Part shown: piece after piece, positions 1 through 9,538 of the stretch
Layout: the number at the start of each line of letters is the position of its first letter
Position numbering within the stretch: position 1 is the stretch's first letter
DNA from: Candidatus Woesearchaeota archaeon
GTDB lineage: Archaea > Nanobdellota > Nanobdellia > Woesearchaeales > GW2011-AR9
DNA length: 50,557 bases
Direction: 5' to 3'
Assembly: GCA_018303265.1 (NCBI GenBank)
Contig: JAGVYN010000012.1
Coordinates: forward strand, 1-50,557
Notes under the pieces: generated by a model
What the model saw: only the letters and a program-made list of their open reading frames with translations
Databases searched by the model: none
What the model was told of the DNA's origin: nothing
Made by a program: the position numbers and the translations under genes

Positions 1-134
1 GATTCGCTTGTTGTTTTTTCCAGCTTTGCTTTATGTTTTTCTGCTTTCTTGCTCAGGCTTGGCAGTTGTTTTTCTAGAGTGTTTAACTTTTTGGAATAAA
101 TGTACAAGTGCGCCGCTTCCCGTACGATGCTCAT
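1..134 (-). CDS. Partial hypothetical protein (N-terminus; runs off the window edge)
   Basis: ATG at 134 opens MSIVREAAHLYIYSKKLNTLEKQLPSLSKKAEKHKAKLEK..., with no stop before position 1; TTTATAAA box at 156-163. Confidence 0.6.
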   Translation of the reverse strand, partial: MSIVREAAHLYIYSKKLNTLEKQLPSLSKKAEKHKAKLEKTTSE

Positions 135-172
135 AATGGAAAGATAATTTTTGGATTTATAAACCTTGAGTT

Positions 173-907
173 TTACACAACGGTGAGATTAGCAATAATT
201 CCGGGGTGATCACTGGGATAGAGAAAACTTCGTTTTCCAAAATGAGGGGTATAAGGAACAATATCCCATTCCTGGCAGCGTATTCCTTCACTTGCAAGGA
301 TGTAATCAACACCCGGCGCCTCGGGAGTACAATCCTGCAATCTTTGTGTAAGCTGTCCGTATAACGGCGTTTCCCGAGTGAAATTTAAATCCCCGACAAG
401 AACAACATTTTCTTTTTGTTGAACTCTTTGTCCTACATATTCTAACAACTGCGCAAGTTGGCTTTGCAGGTGCGGATCCTGATAATTTCCTTCGGGGGAA
501 GGGCACAGAAGATGGGTATTCACGAAAACAAAATTGCCCAGCTCTTGGTTGTATAGTTCACTTACCTGAAACCCTTTCCTTGCTACGCGGTCAAAGAACT
601 GTTCCGGATGACGCCACCAGCGCCCCTGTTTTGTATAAGTGTGCATTTCTGTTTTTGGCTCTTGTGGAAGGAAATTTTCTTCTATTACACTAACTAACGC
701 TCCTTTTGTAAAGATCATTCCGGGATGATGAAAGGCACGGTAGCCATTCGTCGTGGAAAGTTGTTCCACATCTGCGCCAAACAACACTTCTTGCAAGCCA
801 GCTACCTTCACCTTTTCTTGCAGCATACTATTGCGGATATCATCCAACCTGTCAGACCTGCCCGGCAAGAATGGAAGCCCAAAAGCGTTCCACGTCAGAA
901 TTCTCAT
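173..907 (-). CDS. Endonuclease/exonuclease/phosphatase (EEP) family protein
   Basis: Motifs ILTWN, GLQEV, NTHL, GDLN, VDYI, SDHPG. Confidence 0.9.
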   Translation of the reverse strand: MRILTWNAFGLPFLPGRSDRLDDIRNSMLQEKVKVAGLQEVLFGADVEQLSTTNGYRAFHHPGMIFTKGALVSVIEENFLPQEPKTEMHTYTKQGRWWRHPEQFFDRVARKGFQVSELYNQELGNFVFVNTHLLCPSPEGNYQDPHLQSQLAQLLEYVGQRVQQKENVVLVGDLNFTRETPLYGQLTQRLQDCTPEAPGVDYILASEGIRCQEWDIVPYTPHFGKRSFLYPSDHPGIIANLTVV

Positions 908-1054
908 ACGGTAGAGATATTTTTATTTTATATAAACATTATTCTGTTTAATTCGTTTCTTGCTTTTTTGGATACCACGCTGACGCTCATTTCTAAAGAC
1001 TTGGAGCTGGCACTAAAAAAGACTATTGACTTTATAGGGTGGGGTTAAGACGCG

Positions 1055-1468
1055 TTATTTTCTAAGAACTCTCTGTATAATACATTCTAATGAAAAGTCT
1101 GGATCACCATAATAATCAGGATCAAAAAATCTTACTTTATCAGCAAAATAATCTACTCCGGCTGCATTCCATTTTTCAGAATATTCTCTTGTCGGTGTAT
1201 TTGACATTCCAATAATCTTTATCCTTTGTCCCTCAGGCTGAGAACGGATTCTACGGCAGATATTATACCCATAAGAATCTGGCATTTCTGTATCTAACAG
1301 AATAATATCGGGATTTTTTTGTAAAAACATATCATATGCTTCTGAACCATCACTCGCTTCGTAAATCTCCTGAAATCCAAGTTCTTTTAGTGCATCAACA
1401 AGATCAGGTCTCGCGAGTCTTTCATCGTCATCAGCTACAAGAACTTTCATTTTTTTGTATTCTGTCAT
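1055..1468 (-). CDS. Single-domain response regulator receiver (CheY-like)
   Basis: KVLVADDD, phosphoacceptor ILLDTEMP, conserved S (GMS) and K (ADK). Confidence 0.88.
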   Translation of the reverse strand: MTEYKKMKVLVADDDERLARPDLVDALKELGFQEIYEASDGSEAYDMFLQKNPDIILLDTEMPDSYGYNICRRIRSQPEGQRIKIIGMSNTPTREYSEKWNAAGVDYFADKVRFFDPDYYGDPDFSLECIIQRVLRK

Positions 1469-1485
1469 TTTGTTTATTCCTCATC

Positions 1486-1749
1486 TCAAAGTTTTTTGCC
1501 ACCTTGAACTAAATATTCTAAATCAACTACATACTTCCTAAATTTTGCCAACTGACGTATCTCGTCACCATCACCAAAATTGCTCCCTGTAATAATAACG
1601 CCAAGTAGAGATTCATTTCTGTTAAGAAGAAAATTCATCTCTTCGTAGAATCTTTGTCTTGATGTAACTGTCTCCCTACATACTCTTGGTGCATTTCCCG
1701 TACCGATTTCTGGTGGAACTTCGTAAATTATATGATATTTTTTTGCCAT
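1486..1749 (-). CDS. Hypothetical protein, probably co-transcribed with the receiver gene
   Basis: 87-aa ORF ending 17 nt upstream of the receiver gene; divergent from the Lrp gene. Confidence 0.6.
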   Translation of the reverse strand: MAKKYHIIYEVPPEIGTGNAPRVCRETVTSRQRFYEEMNFLLNRNESLLGVIITGSNFGDGDEIRQLAKFRKYVVDLEYLVQGGKKL

Positions 1750-1864
1750 TTTGTTGTTGCGCTTTTTTATTGTTAAATGGTATTATTGGAATTATATAAA
1801 ATATACCTGCAACATTATTTTACAAAACGACAAATTTATAAATAAAAGAGTAGTTTATTTGTAA

Positions 1865-2863
1865 ATGATGATGGAAGAACTGGACATCAAGGACCGGAAG
1901 ATTTTACTAGCTTTAGATATGGGCGCAAGAATGCCGGACAGCTCCATAGCAAAAATTGTCGGATTGTCAAAGCAATTAACCAATTACAGAATTAAACGGT
2001 TGGAAAAGCAGGAAATTATCATTTCTTATTATCCAGTCATAGACCACACAAAATTAGGGTTACAACTTTATCGCATCGCTCTCAAATTAGAAAATGTAAC
2101 CAAAGAAAAAGAACAGGATATTATCAACTACCTCAAAAATCATGCTGGTTGGATAGTTTCTGTTCTGGGAAATTGGGATATTTGGATGGCTATCTATGCT
2201 AAAAACGAATTTGAGTTTATGAAATTCTGGAATAATTTTTATGAAAAATATGGGGCTTACATCGAAAATCGCTGGATTTCTTTAATGACCAAATTTCTAA
2301 ATTTTGAACGTTCATTTATTTATCCACAAAAGAAGAATAGAGATAGAAAATTGATCATAGGCGAAAATCCAAAAATTCTTCCTTTAACCACTGTTGATTT
2401 AACGATACTCAAAGAACTAACAAAAAATGCCAGGCAAACGAGTCTAGAATTATCAAAAAAAATCAATCAAACGGAGAGAGTTGTCAGATACAGACTCCAA
2501 AAATTAGAAAATCAAAAGATAATTCTCGGCTATCGTCCATTTATTAATACTGACCTATTAGGATTCAAATATTACAAACTATTTATTCAACTTAAAGACG
2601 TAACAAAACAAGATTTACAAAAAATAAAAACGTATATCACACAAAATCCTAATGTTGTTTACAACACGGAAGCACTAGGTGGATACGACTTTGAGATTGA
2701 AGTTCAATTCTCTAATTCTCAGGAACTAATACAATTTATTTCTAATTTGAGAGAAGCTTTTCCAACCAACATCAAAAACATTAATCATATGGAGTATATC
2801 AAAGAGTACAAAATAAGCTATTTTCCCAAGGTTTATAATCTAAAAGATTACGATTTAAATTAA
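1865..2863 (+). CDS. Tandem-domain Lrp/AsnC family transcriptional regulator
   Basis: Two wHTH+RAM repeats (LDIKDRKIL...YRIKRLE; VDLTILKEL...YRLQKLE). Confidence 0.88.
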   Translation: MMMEELDIKDRKILLALDMGARMPDSSIAKIVGLSKQLTNYRIKRLEKQEIIISYYPVIDHTKLGLQLYRIALKLENVTKEKEQDIINYLKNHAGWIVSVLGNWDIWMAIYAKNEFEFMKFWNNFYEKYGAYIENRWISLMTKFLNFERSFIYPQKKNRDRKLIIGENPKILPLTTVDLTILKELTKNARQTSLELSKKINQTERVVRYRLQKLENQKIILGYRPFINTDLLGFKYYKLFIQLKDVTKQDLQKIKTYITQNPNVVYNTEALGGYDFEIEVQFSNSQELIQFISNLREAFPTNIKNINHMEYIKEYKISYFPKVYNLKDYDLN

Positions 2864-2865
2864 AC

Positions 2866-3540
2866 TTATTTCTTAATAATAATCAAGCAATGGTCTTTTT
2901 CTAAAGGGTCAAGGATACGGTAATCAATTACCGTAAATATTGCTTCCAGCTGTTTTCGTATTTCGATAAAAAGTAGTTTTGGGTTTTTGGCAATATCAAT
3001 GCTTCGCGCCTTTACCGCCAGCAGCCCATACCCACCTTTCTTGAGAAAGAGATGGCAATTTTTAATGAAAATCTCCGCCTGGTTTTTTTGGGCGATGTCC
3101 TGATAGACGATATCTGCCGCGCATACTTTGTCAAGATACTCATCAGGATGATTGGCATCAGCTAAGATGGGAACAATATTTTTTCTGTCTTCTGCAAGGA
3201 ACACTAAATCACGTATCACCCGCGGGGCAGGGTCGATGCCGAAAATTACTCCTTCCGTTCCCACCATGTCGGAAACAAATGATGCCGTGTAGCCATGGCT
3301 CACTCCTAAATAAAGAACAACATCATCTTTACGAATGCCGGCATTGGTGCATCCTTTAACAATTGCCGCCGCAAGCTTGCTTCGCATGGGATCAAATTCA
3401 CGGTATTCTTCATTGTCGTCTTTAACGATGCGTTCATCAAATGGCGCTTTCCCCGGGAGAATGCTTTTTGTAAAGATGCGTTTCCCTCGCGCTTCCTGGT
3501 AGAGTTCAAACACTTTGTGCGGTATAATTTTTCGGCTCAT
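2866..3540 (-). CDS. flpA: Fibrillarin-like rRNA/tRNA 2'-O-methyltransferase
   Basis: RSKLAAAI, VLYLGVSHGYT, NIVPILADA, YQDIAQ, KARSID motifs; adjacent to Nop5. Confidence 0.95.
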   Translation of the reverse strand: MSRKIIPHKVFELYQEARGKRIFTKSILPGKAPFDERIVKDDNEEYREFDPMRSKLAAAIVKGCTNAGIRKDDVVLYLGVSHGYTASFVSDMVGTEGVIFGIDPAPRVIRDLVFLAEDRKNIVPILADANHPDEYLDKVCAADIVYQDIAQKNQAEIFIKNCHLFLKKGGYGLLAVKARSIDIAKNPKLLFIEIRKQLEAIFTVIDYRILDPLEKDHCLIIIKK

Positions 3541-4439
3541 CGGATTTTTTCCTCTAACATTTTCTTGTATTCCGGCGCTTTAAACTCTCCCTTGAAATAA
3601 TCCAGCCTGGCGCAGAGGGAAAGTTTATCTGCCAGCACCCGGGCCATTTTCCCCCGTTCTTGCCTTTGCGCTTTCTGGACGAAAGGGTGCTGGAACAGCA
3701 CGCCGTATTTCGGGCTTCTGCTTTTTGTTTTCAGATGCCGGAACAGCGCTTTCTCCGCTCCCAATAACTGAATCGTCGAGGCCGGAAGCATCGCCAGCCT
3801 TTTCAATCCTCTGGCGAGCTCAATCAATTTTGCGCCGATCGTCGCCCCGGCCAATTCCAGCAGGTTAGGGCAATAAGGCTTCATAATTTGTTCCAAATAC
3901 TTCTCATGTTTTTTCCGCAAGTCGTACAATGTGCGTATTTCCTTTGCCAACAACATCATTTCCTCAACATGTTCTTCTCCCAGGTCAGCGCCCATTGTGG
4001 TGTTTCGTTTTCCTTCTAATACTAAATCTATATATTTTTCATGACTGCTGACGTTTTCAGACAATTCCGGATAATACCAGCTATGCCATTCCCGCAGCCG
4101 TTTGACGAGAATGTTCGATACTTTATCCAACTCGGAGATATTGCCGATCGTCTGCAGAATTAACTGGTCTTCATTGACGGAATTTTTGATGGCCTGTTTT
4201 GTCAACTGAAGATTTTTGGTGTAAAAGTCCTGATAATATCTTTTGTCTTTGAAGAGAGAGAGAACCATTGCTATTTTTTCTTGAGGCAGGGGTTGCGTGT
4301 TATGTTTCTTTTGCAGTTTTGCTTCTGATTTTTCTTTGCGGAGATACTCATCGGCATCTTTGAATACAATGGAATCAACAATCTTTATTTTTTCATCTAG
4401 CACGAAACTGCCGAGGATATTGGTAAAGAGATAATTCAT
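3537..4439 (-). CDS. nop5: Nop5/Nop56 C/D box RNP protein
   Basis: LREWHSWYYPEL, PASTIQLLGAEKALFRHL, PKYG; 4-nt overlap with fibrillarin. Confidence 0.95.
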   Translation of the reverse strand: MNYLFTNILGSFVLDEKIKIVDSIVFKDADEYLRKEKSEAKLQKKHNTQPLPQEKIAMVLSLFKDKRYYQDFYTKNLQLTKQAIKNSVNEDQLILQTIGNISELDKVSNILVKRLREWHSWYYPELSENVSSHEKYIDLVLEGKRNTTMGADLGEEHVEEMMLLAKEIRTLYDLRKKHEKYLEQIMKPYCPNLLELAGATIGAKLIELARGLKRLAMLPASTIQLLGAEKALFRHLKTKSRSPKYGVLFQHPFVQKAQRQERGKMARVLADKLSLCARLDYFKGEFKAPEYKKMLEEKIR

Positions 4440-4495
4440 GCATTTTTCAAAAAGAGCAAGCTATATAAACCTTATCACTTGTTCGGTGCGTTCGC

Positions 4496-4708
4496 ATGAA
4501 GATAGAACAGTGTTACTGCGGCCATCAATTGGATTCTCTTTGCTGCCATTCCGAATGGGGCGATCGGGAAGAACAGCATTACAAAAGTGTTGTGTGTAAT
4601 GAATGCGGACGAAAAAATTGGCTTAAAGTGGGTTTCCTTGGCTCTGGCCATGACGTTGAAAACGTAGTGTCTATAGACTCAATTGTGAAAAAAGTACATG
4701 AGAAGTAA
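4496..4708 (+). CDS. Small Cys-rich putative zinc-binding protein
   Basis: CYCGH and CNECG motifs; TATATAAA at 4462-4469. Confidence 0.6.
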   Translation: MKIEQCYCGHQLDSLCCHSEWGDREEQHYKSVVCNECGRKNWLKVGFLGSGHDVENVVSIDSIVKKVHEK

Positions 4709-4773
4709 TTTTTCAAGTAAACATGTATTAATGATAATATAAAAATAGATAATATAATTAAACATAATAAAAA

Positions 4774-5244
4774 ATGGCAATGTTACGACCAAGACAAAAA
4801 GCACCTTCTTTTATTTTACTAAATCAAGAAGGTAAGAAAGTAAACCTTACTGATTTCAAAAGAAAATGGGTTGTTCTCTATTTCTATCCTAAAGATAACA
4901 CTCCTGGATGTACAATTGAAGCAATTGATTTTTCAAAACTAAAAACTGAATTTGAAAAGCATAATGTTGTTGTTCTTGGCGTCAGTCCGGATTCCGCGAA
5001 AAGCCATTGCAGTTTCATAGAGAAAAAGGATTTGACAATCATGTTATTAAGTGATGAAGAGAAGAAAGCGGCTGCGCTGTATGGCGTCTGGGGAAAGAAA
5101 AAATTCATGGGCCGTGAATTTATGGGGGTGATCAGAAGCACGTTTTTAATTGATCCTGCCGGGAAGATTGCCCATGTTTGGAGTCCTGTTTCAGTCAAAG
5201 GGCATGCGGAAGAAGTGTTGGGAATAGTGAAAGGGTTAAAATAG
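4774..5244 (+). CDS. bcp: Thioredoxin-dependent thiol peroxidase (BCP/PrxQ)
   Basis: YFYPKDNTPGCTIEA, GVSPD, RSTFLID. Confidence 0.93.
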   Translation: MAMLRPRQKAPSFILLNQEGKKVNLTDFKRKWVVLYFYPKDNTPGCTIEAIDFSKLKTEFEKHNVVVLGVSPDSAKSHCSFIEKKDLTIMLLSDEEKKAAALYGVWGKKKFMGREFMGVIRSTFLIDPAGKIAHVWSPVSVKGHAEEVLGIVKGLK

Positions 5245-5303
5245 GTATGGGGTCTTCCTAACGAGAATAGATTAGTTGATTTACCCTCAATTCCACCACA
5301 ATC

Positions 5304-5313
5304 TTTATAAATA
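5304..5313 (+). promoter_or_regulatory. Archaeal TATA box upstream of the rpl3 operon leader
   Basis: TTTATAAATA about 185 nt upstream of the rpl3 ATG. Confidence 0.55.
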
Positions 5314-5344
5314 ACCTACTTTCTTGAGAATATTCAATCGTAAT

Positions 5345-5430
5345 TACACTGATGAGCGAGACTCGTTAAATAATTATGGTTAGATTAGCCTGATAAGATA
5401 ACCATCACTGACCCTTTCTTTGATGGAAAT
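5345..5430 (+). ncRNA. Candidate C/D-box-like or K-turn-containing structured RNA/leader
   Basis: CTGATGA 5349-5355, CTGA 5390-5393 and 5408-5411, stem ATGGTTA/TAACCAT. Confidence 0.3.
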
Positions 5431-5497
5431 CCCAAATAGGCAATTACACAAAAAAACAATAGAGAAACAAGAGATATTACTATCTCGCTAGAAAACT

Positions 5498-6460
5498 ATG
5501 CCTAAAGTAAGTCATCCGCGACGGGGAAGTATGCAGTTTTGGCCTCGAAAAAGGTCAAAACACAGTTTAGCTAGAATATCCTCCTGGTCTGCTGAGAATA
5601 AAGCAAAACCCCTTGGTTTCATTGGCTATAAAGCAGGAATGACTCATGTTATCGCCGTTGATAACCGGCCTAAATCCCTCACCAAAGGAGAAAAAATTGC
5701 TCGTCCAGCAACAATCATTGATTGCCCACCCATGACGGTGGCAGGAGTTGCTTTTTATACAACATCTTTGTTGGGAATGCGTAAAACAACCAGCGTCCTC
5801 TATGAAAAAATGGATAAATCCATTGGCAAAAAAATTCAGCTTCCCAAGAAGACGACAAAGAAACTTGCTGAGGTTACTGGTTTTGATGATTTACGTTTAT
5901 TGGTCCACACTAATCCGAAACGTACGCCGACCGGTGCAAAAAAACCAAAATTACTTGAGATCGCACTGGGTGGATCAAAAGAAGACAAATTAGCCTACGC
6001 TAAAGAAATGCTTGGAAAGGAAATTTCGCTTGGCGCTGTTTTTGAGAATGGTGTTCAGGTTGATGTTCACGGCATTACGAAAGGAAAAGGATTTCAGGGG
6101 ACAGTGAAGCGCTATGGTGTGCCTATTAGGCAGCATAAAGCAGAAAAAACGAAGCGGGGAATTGCCACGCTTGGTTCATGGACGCCAAAACGGATTGAAT
6201 TTACTGTTGCCCAGCCGGGAAAAATGGGATACCATCTACGAACAGAATATAACAAACAGATCTTCAAGCTTGGTGAGAATGGTCAGGAAGTAACACCTGA
6301 CGGCGGCCTCACTCGGTATGGAACGATCAAGAACCAGTATTGTCTGCTGGCCGGTTCCGTTGTCGGTCCTGTAAAACGTCCCGTCGTTCTTACCGCTGCT
6401 ATTCGCCCCAACAAAAAAATAATGAAAGAGGCATTTACAATTAACACAATCACAAAATAA
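5498..6460 (+). CDS. rpl3: 50S ribosomal protein L3 (uL3), archaeal type
   Basis: HPRRGSMQFWPRKR, GYKAGMTH, TKGKGFQGTVKRYG. Confidence 0.98.
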   Translation: MPKVSHPRRGSMQFWPRKRSKHSLARISSWSAENKAKPLGFIGYKAGMTHVIAVDNRPKSLTKGEKIARPATIIDCPPMTVAGVAFYTTSLLGMRKTTSVLYEKMDKSIGKKIQLPKKTTKKLAEVTGFDDLRLLVHTNPKRTPTGAKKPKLLEIALGGSKEDKLAYAKEMLGKEISLGAVFENGVQVDVHGITKGKGFQGTVKRYGVPIRQHKAEKTKRGIATLGSWTPKRIEFTVAQPGKMGYHLRTEYNKQIFKLGENGQEVTPDGGLTRYGTIKNQYCLLAGSVVGPVKRPVVLTAAIRPNKKIMKEAFTINTITK

Positions 6461-6487
6461 AACAAATAAAAATATCCTGCTACCAAA

Positions 6488-7294
6488 ATGAAATTACCAA
6501 TCGTCAATGAAAAAAATGTAAAATCAGGAGAAAAAGCTTTGCCTCTTCAGTTTACTGAAGAATACCGACCTGATTTGATTAAACGGGCCGTGCATGCCTT
6601 GCAAAGCGCTGCACGTCAAGCATATGGTGCATATCCAGAAGCTGGGCAGCGGCATTCCTCCGAAACCAGCAAACGGCGGCGCAAGTATCGTGGAACGTAT
6701 GGTTTTGGGATCAGTAGGGTAAAACGAAAAATTCACACCCGACGAGGAACACGATTTTTCTGGGTAGGATCGACTACCCCGCAAACTGTCGGCGGAAGAA
6801 GAGCGCATCCACCTAAAGCAGAAAAAATTGTTGAGAAGAAAATTAACATCAAAGAAAATCGGAAGGCCATCCGTTCGGCAATGGCTGCTACGGTAAATAA
6901 AAATATTGTCATGCAGCGTGGCCATAAAGTTCCTGCAGGGTATCCTTTTATTGTTTCCTCATTTATCGAACAGTTGAACAAAACCAGCGATGTGGAAAAA
7001 GCGTTGCTGCAACTCGGTTTCAAAGATGAATTGCAACGCTCATTGATTAAGAAAATCCGCGCGGGGATAGGTAAAATGCGCGGCCGGAAATACCGGCGTA
7101 AGAAAGGGATACTTTTAGTTGTTGGTGGCGAATGTCCATTATTGAAAGCCGCAACAAACATACCTGGTATTGATGTTGTACCGGCCCAAGCGGTTAATGT
7201 AGAATTTCTTGCACCTGGAGCAATGCCGGGACGTGTCACATTATGGACTGAACATGCTCTGGAAACAATTGAAACAGAAAAATTATTTAGGTAA
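6488..7294 (+). CDS. rpl4: 50S ribosomal protein L4 (uL4)
   Basis: RPDLIKRAV, GGRRAHPPK, IRAGIGKMRGRKY, LAPGAMPGR. Confidence 0.97.
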   Translation: MKLPIVNEKNVKSGEKALPLQFTEEYRPDLIKRAVHALQSAARQAYGAYPEAGQRHSSETSKRRRKYRGTYGFGISRVKRKIHTRRGTRFFWVGSTTPQTVGGRRAHPPKAEKIVEKKINIKENRKAIRSAMAATVNKNIVMQRGHKVPAGYPFIVSSFIEQLNKTSDVEKALLQLGFKDELQRSLIKKIRAGIGKMRGRKYRRKKGILLVVGGECPLLKAATNIPGIDVVPAQAVNVEFLAPGAMPGRVTLWTEHALETIETEKLFR

Positions 7295-7296
7295 AC

Positions 7297-7614
7297 ATGG
7301 CAGAAGAAAAGAAAGTCACGGGAAAAGAACAGCCTGTACAAAAAAGGGAACAGTTTGATCCGCACAGTATTATTAAATACCCTTTATCAACTGAAAAAAG
7401 CATCCGCCAGATTGAATTCGATAACAAATTAGTGTTTGCCGTTCATCCTCGAGCAACAAAATCAGATGTGAAGAAAGCCATAGAAAAACTGTTTAATGTG
7501 AAAGTAGCCGAGGTTAATATCCATAATTCATTTCAGGGACAGAAAAGAGCGTATGTAAAGCTAGGATCAGGACATCTCGCCTCTGATGTTAGTGCTGATT
7601 TGGGGTTGATCTAA
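7297..7614 (+). CDS. rpl23: 50S ribosomal protein L23 (uL23)
   Basis: IIKYPLSTEK, NKLVFAV, KRAYVKL; operon position. Confidence 0.96.
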   Translation: MAEEKKVTGKEQPVQKREQFDPHSIIKYPLSTEKSIRQIEFDNKLVFAVHPRATKSDVKKAIEKLFNVKVAEVNIHNSFQGQKRAYVKLGSGHLASDVSADLGLI

Positions 7615-7615
7615 A

Positions 7616-8320
7616 ATGGGTAAACGATTAATTCAACAACGACGAGGAAGGGGAACAAATACCTATCGTTCACCGGGGCATCGATTTCGAGGAGAAGTAA
7701 AACATACGCTCATGGAAACAAGCGGAATGGTTATGGACTTGGTTCATTGCCCGGGACACAGCGCTCCGTTGATGGAAGTTTCTTATATCACGGGAGAGAA
7801 AAGACTTGCTTTTGCTCCCGAGACCATTAAAGTAGGGGATAGTATTGTCGTTGGCCCAGGTGCTGAAGTAAAGGAAGGGAATGTTCTTTCCTTACGAGAG
7901 ATTCCCGAAGGGACACTGATTCATAATATTGAATTGCGGCCAGGTGATGGCGGCAAAATGGTCCGTGCATCAGGAACATTTGCGAAAGTAGTAGCACGGT
8001 CTGAAGAAGGTGTAAGAGTTGCTCTTCCATCAAAAAAAGAAAAACTCTTTTTACCTGCATGTCGTGCAGCCATCGGTATTCTTGCCGGTGCAGGCAGGAC
8101 AGACAAACCTTTCCTTAAAGCAGGCACAAGGCATAAAAAGATGAAAGCACGCAATAAATTGTATCCAAAAGTGTGCGGCGTTTCCATGAACGCAGTGGAT
8201 CATCCGTTCGGTGGGTCTTCATCTCACATTAAAGGAAGACCGACGCAAAGTCCGCGTAATGCACCGCCTGGACGTAAGGTAGGTAAAATAGCGCCACGAA
8301 GAACGGGAAGGAAGAAATAG
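7616..8320 (+). CDS. rpl2: 50S ribosomal protein L2 (uL2)
   Basis: MGKRLIQQRRGRG, MNAVDHPFGG, PPGRKVG. Confidence 0.98.
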   Translation: MGKRLIQQRRGRGTNTYRSPGHRFRGEVKHTLMETSGMVMDLVHCPGHSAPLMEVSYITGEKRLAFAPETIKVGDSIVVGPGAEVKEGNVLSLREIPEGTLIHNIELRPGDGGKMVRASGTFAKVVARSEEGVRVALPSKKEKLFLPACRAAIGILAGAGRTDKPFLKAGTRHKKMKARNKLYPKVCGVSMNAVDHPFGGSSSHIKGRPTQSPRNAPPGRKVGKIAPRRTGRKK

Positions 8321-8330
8321 AGGATAAACA

Positions 8331-8711
8331 ATGGCAAAAGTATTCACGTGGAGAGGCAAAACGGAACAGGAACTCAAACAATTAGATTTGAAAATGTTTA
8401 TGGGGTTAGTTCCAGCGCGTCAACGACGATCCCTCAAAAGAGGATTTACGGAACAGCAACAAATACTCCTAAAGCGCATTGAAGTTGACGATAAAAATAT
8501 CAAAACCCATTGTCGGAACATGATCATCATTCCTCAATTCATTGGAAAAAACATTCGTATCTATAACGGGAAAGAGTTTATTCCTCTTACCATTACTGCT
8601 GAAATGCTTGGTCATTATTTAGGAGAATTTGCACATACCCGAAAATCTGTTACCCACAGTGCTGCTGGTATTGGCGCGACACGGTCCAGTAAATCAGTAT
8701 CTGCAAGATAA
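8331..8711 (+). CDS. rps19: 30S ribosomal protein S19 (uS19)
   Basis: KTHCRNMII, YNGKEF, MLGHYLGEF, GATRSS. Confidence 0.97.
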   Translation: MAKVFTWRGKTEQELKQLDLKMFMGLVPARQRRSLKRGFTEQQQILLKRIEVDDKNIKTHCRNMIIIPQFIGKNIRIYNGKEFIPLTITAEMLGHYLGEFAHTRKSVTHSAAGIGATRSSKSVSAR

Positions 8712-8713
8712 GC

Positions 8714-9538
8714 ATGGCAAAGTATGACAAGGCTAACACAAAAATGACAACTCAAACCAAAGTTGGAATGGAACATGCGGCTTCTGCTAGATCGTTGAAT
8801 CTTCCTATTTCCACAAAACACAGCGTTGAGATTAGCAGGTATTTACGATATAAGAATACACAGTTTGCCAAACAGTTCCTTGAAAAAGTAATCTCCTTGC
8901 AAAAACCAGTCCCTTTCAAAAAGTTCACCACAGACCTAGGCCATAAACCGGGTATAGGTCCTGGTCGTTATCCGCAGAAAGCAGCCAGGGAATTTCTGAA
9001 GCTGGTGAAATCAGTTGAAGCAAATGCGCAGGCAAATGGTTTAGACACCTCCGCACTTAAAATAACGACGTTGATTGCCAACAAAGCATCTATTCCTCTT
9101 ACTGGTGGAAGACATCAGCATGCGAAGAAAAGAACTCATTTAGAGATTGTTGTCGCAGAGGGAAAGCAGAAGCAGAAAGAAACGAAATCAGCGAAGAAAC
9201 AGGCGGTTCTTAAGGATGTTAAGAATGAACGGCTTCCCGCAAAAGAATTGGTACAGGGAGCAGAGAAAACCTTCGAAGGAAAGAACGAAGGGATTGCAGG
9301 ACAAAAGTTAGGGGGAAAAGAAGTTCCCAGATCAGCAGCGAGGGGAGTATCGCCGCAAGCTGAAACAAGACAAGCCCAAAAACCACAAGAGTTATCTTCG
9401 GAAGATTTACTTGAACGAGTGCAGGCTAATGCAGCAGAATTCAATAAAAGAGAGAAAGAGAAAAAAAACACAGAAGATGTATCTAAATTGTATGATCAAT
9501 TAAAGCAAAAAGGAACCTTGCGAGGGGAACAACAATGA
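8714..9538 (+). CDS. rpl22: 50S ribosomal protein L22 (uL22) with a long C-terminal extension
   Basis: ISTKHSVEI, GRYPQKAA, THLEIVV; about 125 extra C-terminal residues. Confidence 0.95.
   Translation: MAKYDKANTKMTTQTKVGMEHAASARSLNLPISTKHSVEISRYLRYKNTQFAKQFLEKVISLQKPVPFKKFTTDLGHKPGIGPGRYPQKAAREFLKLVKSVEANAQANGLDTSALKITTLIANKASIPLTGGRHQHAKKRTHLEIVVAEGKQKQKETKSAKKQAVLKDVKNERLPAKELVQGAEKTFEGKNEGIAGQKLGGKEVPRSAARGVSPQAETRQAQKPQELSSEDLLERVQANAAEFNKREKEKKNTEDVSKLYDQLKQKGTLRGEQQ

Noticed and set aside
725..1048. 107-aa plus-strand ORF
   Set aside because: Overlaps the EEP gene antisense and has no recognisable motifs
5349..5370. Hammerhead ribozyme (CTGATGA followed by a short stem)
   Set aside because: The stem is followed by GTTAAA, not the required GAAA, and stems I/III were not found
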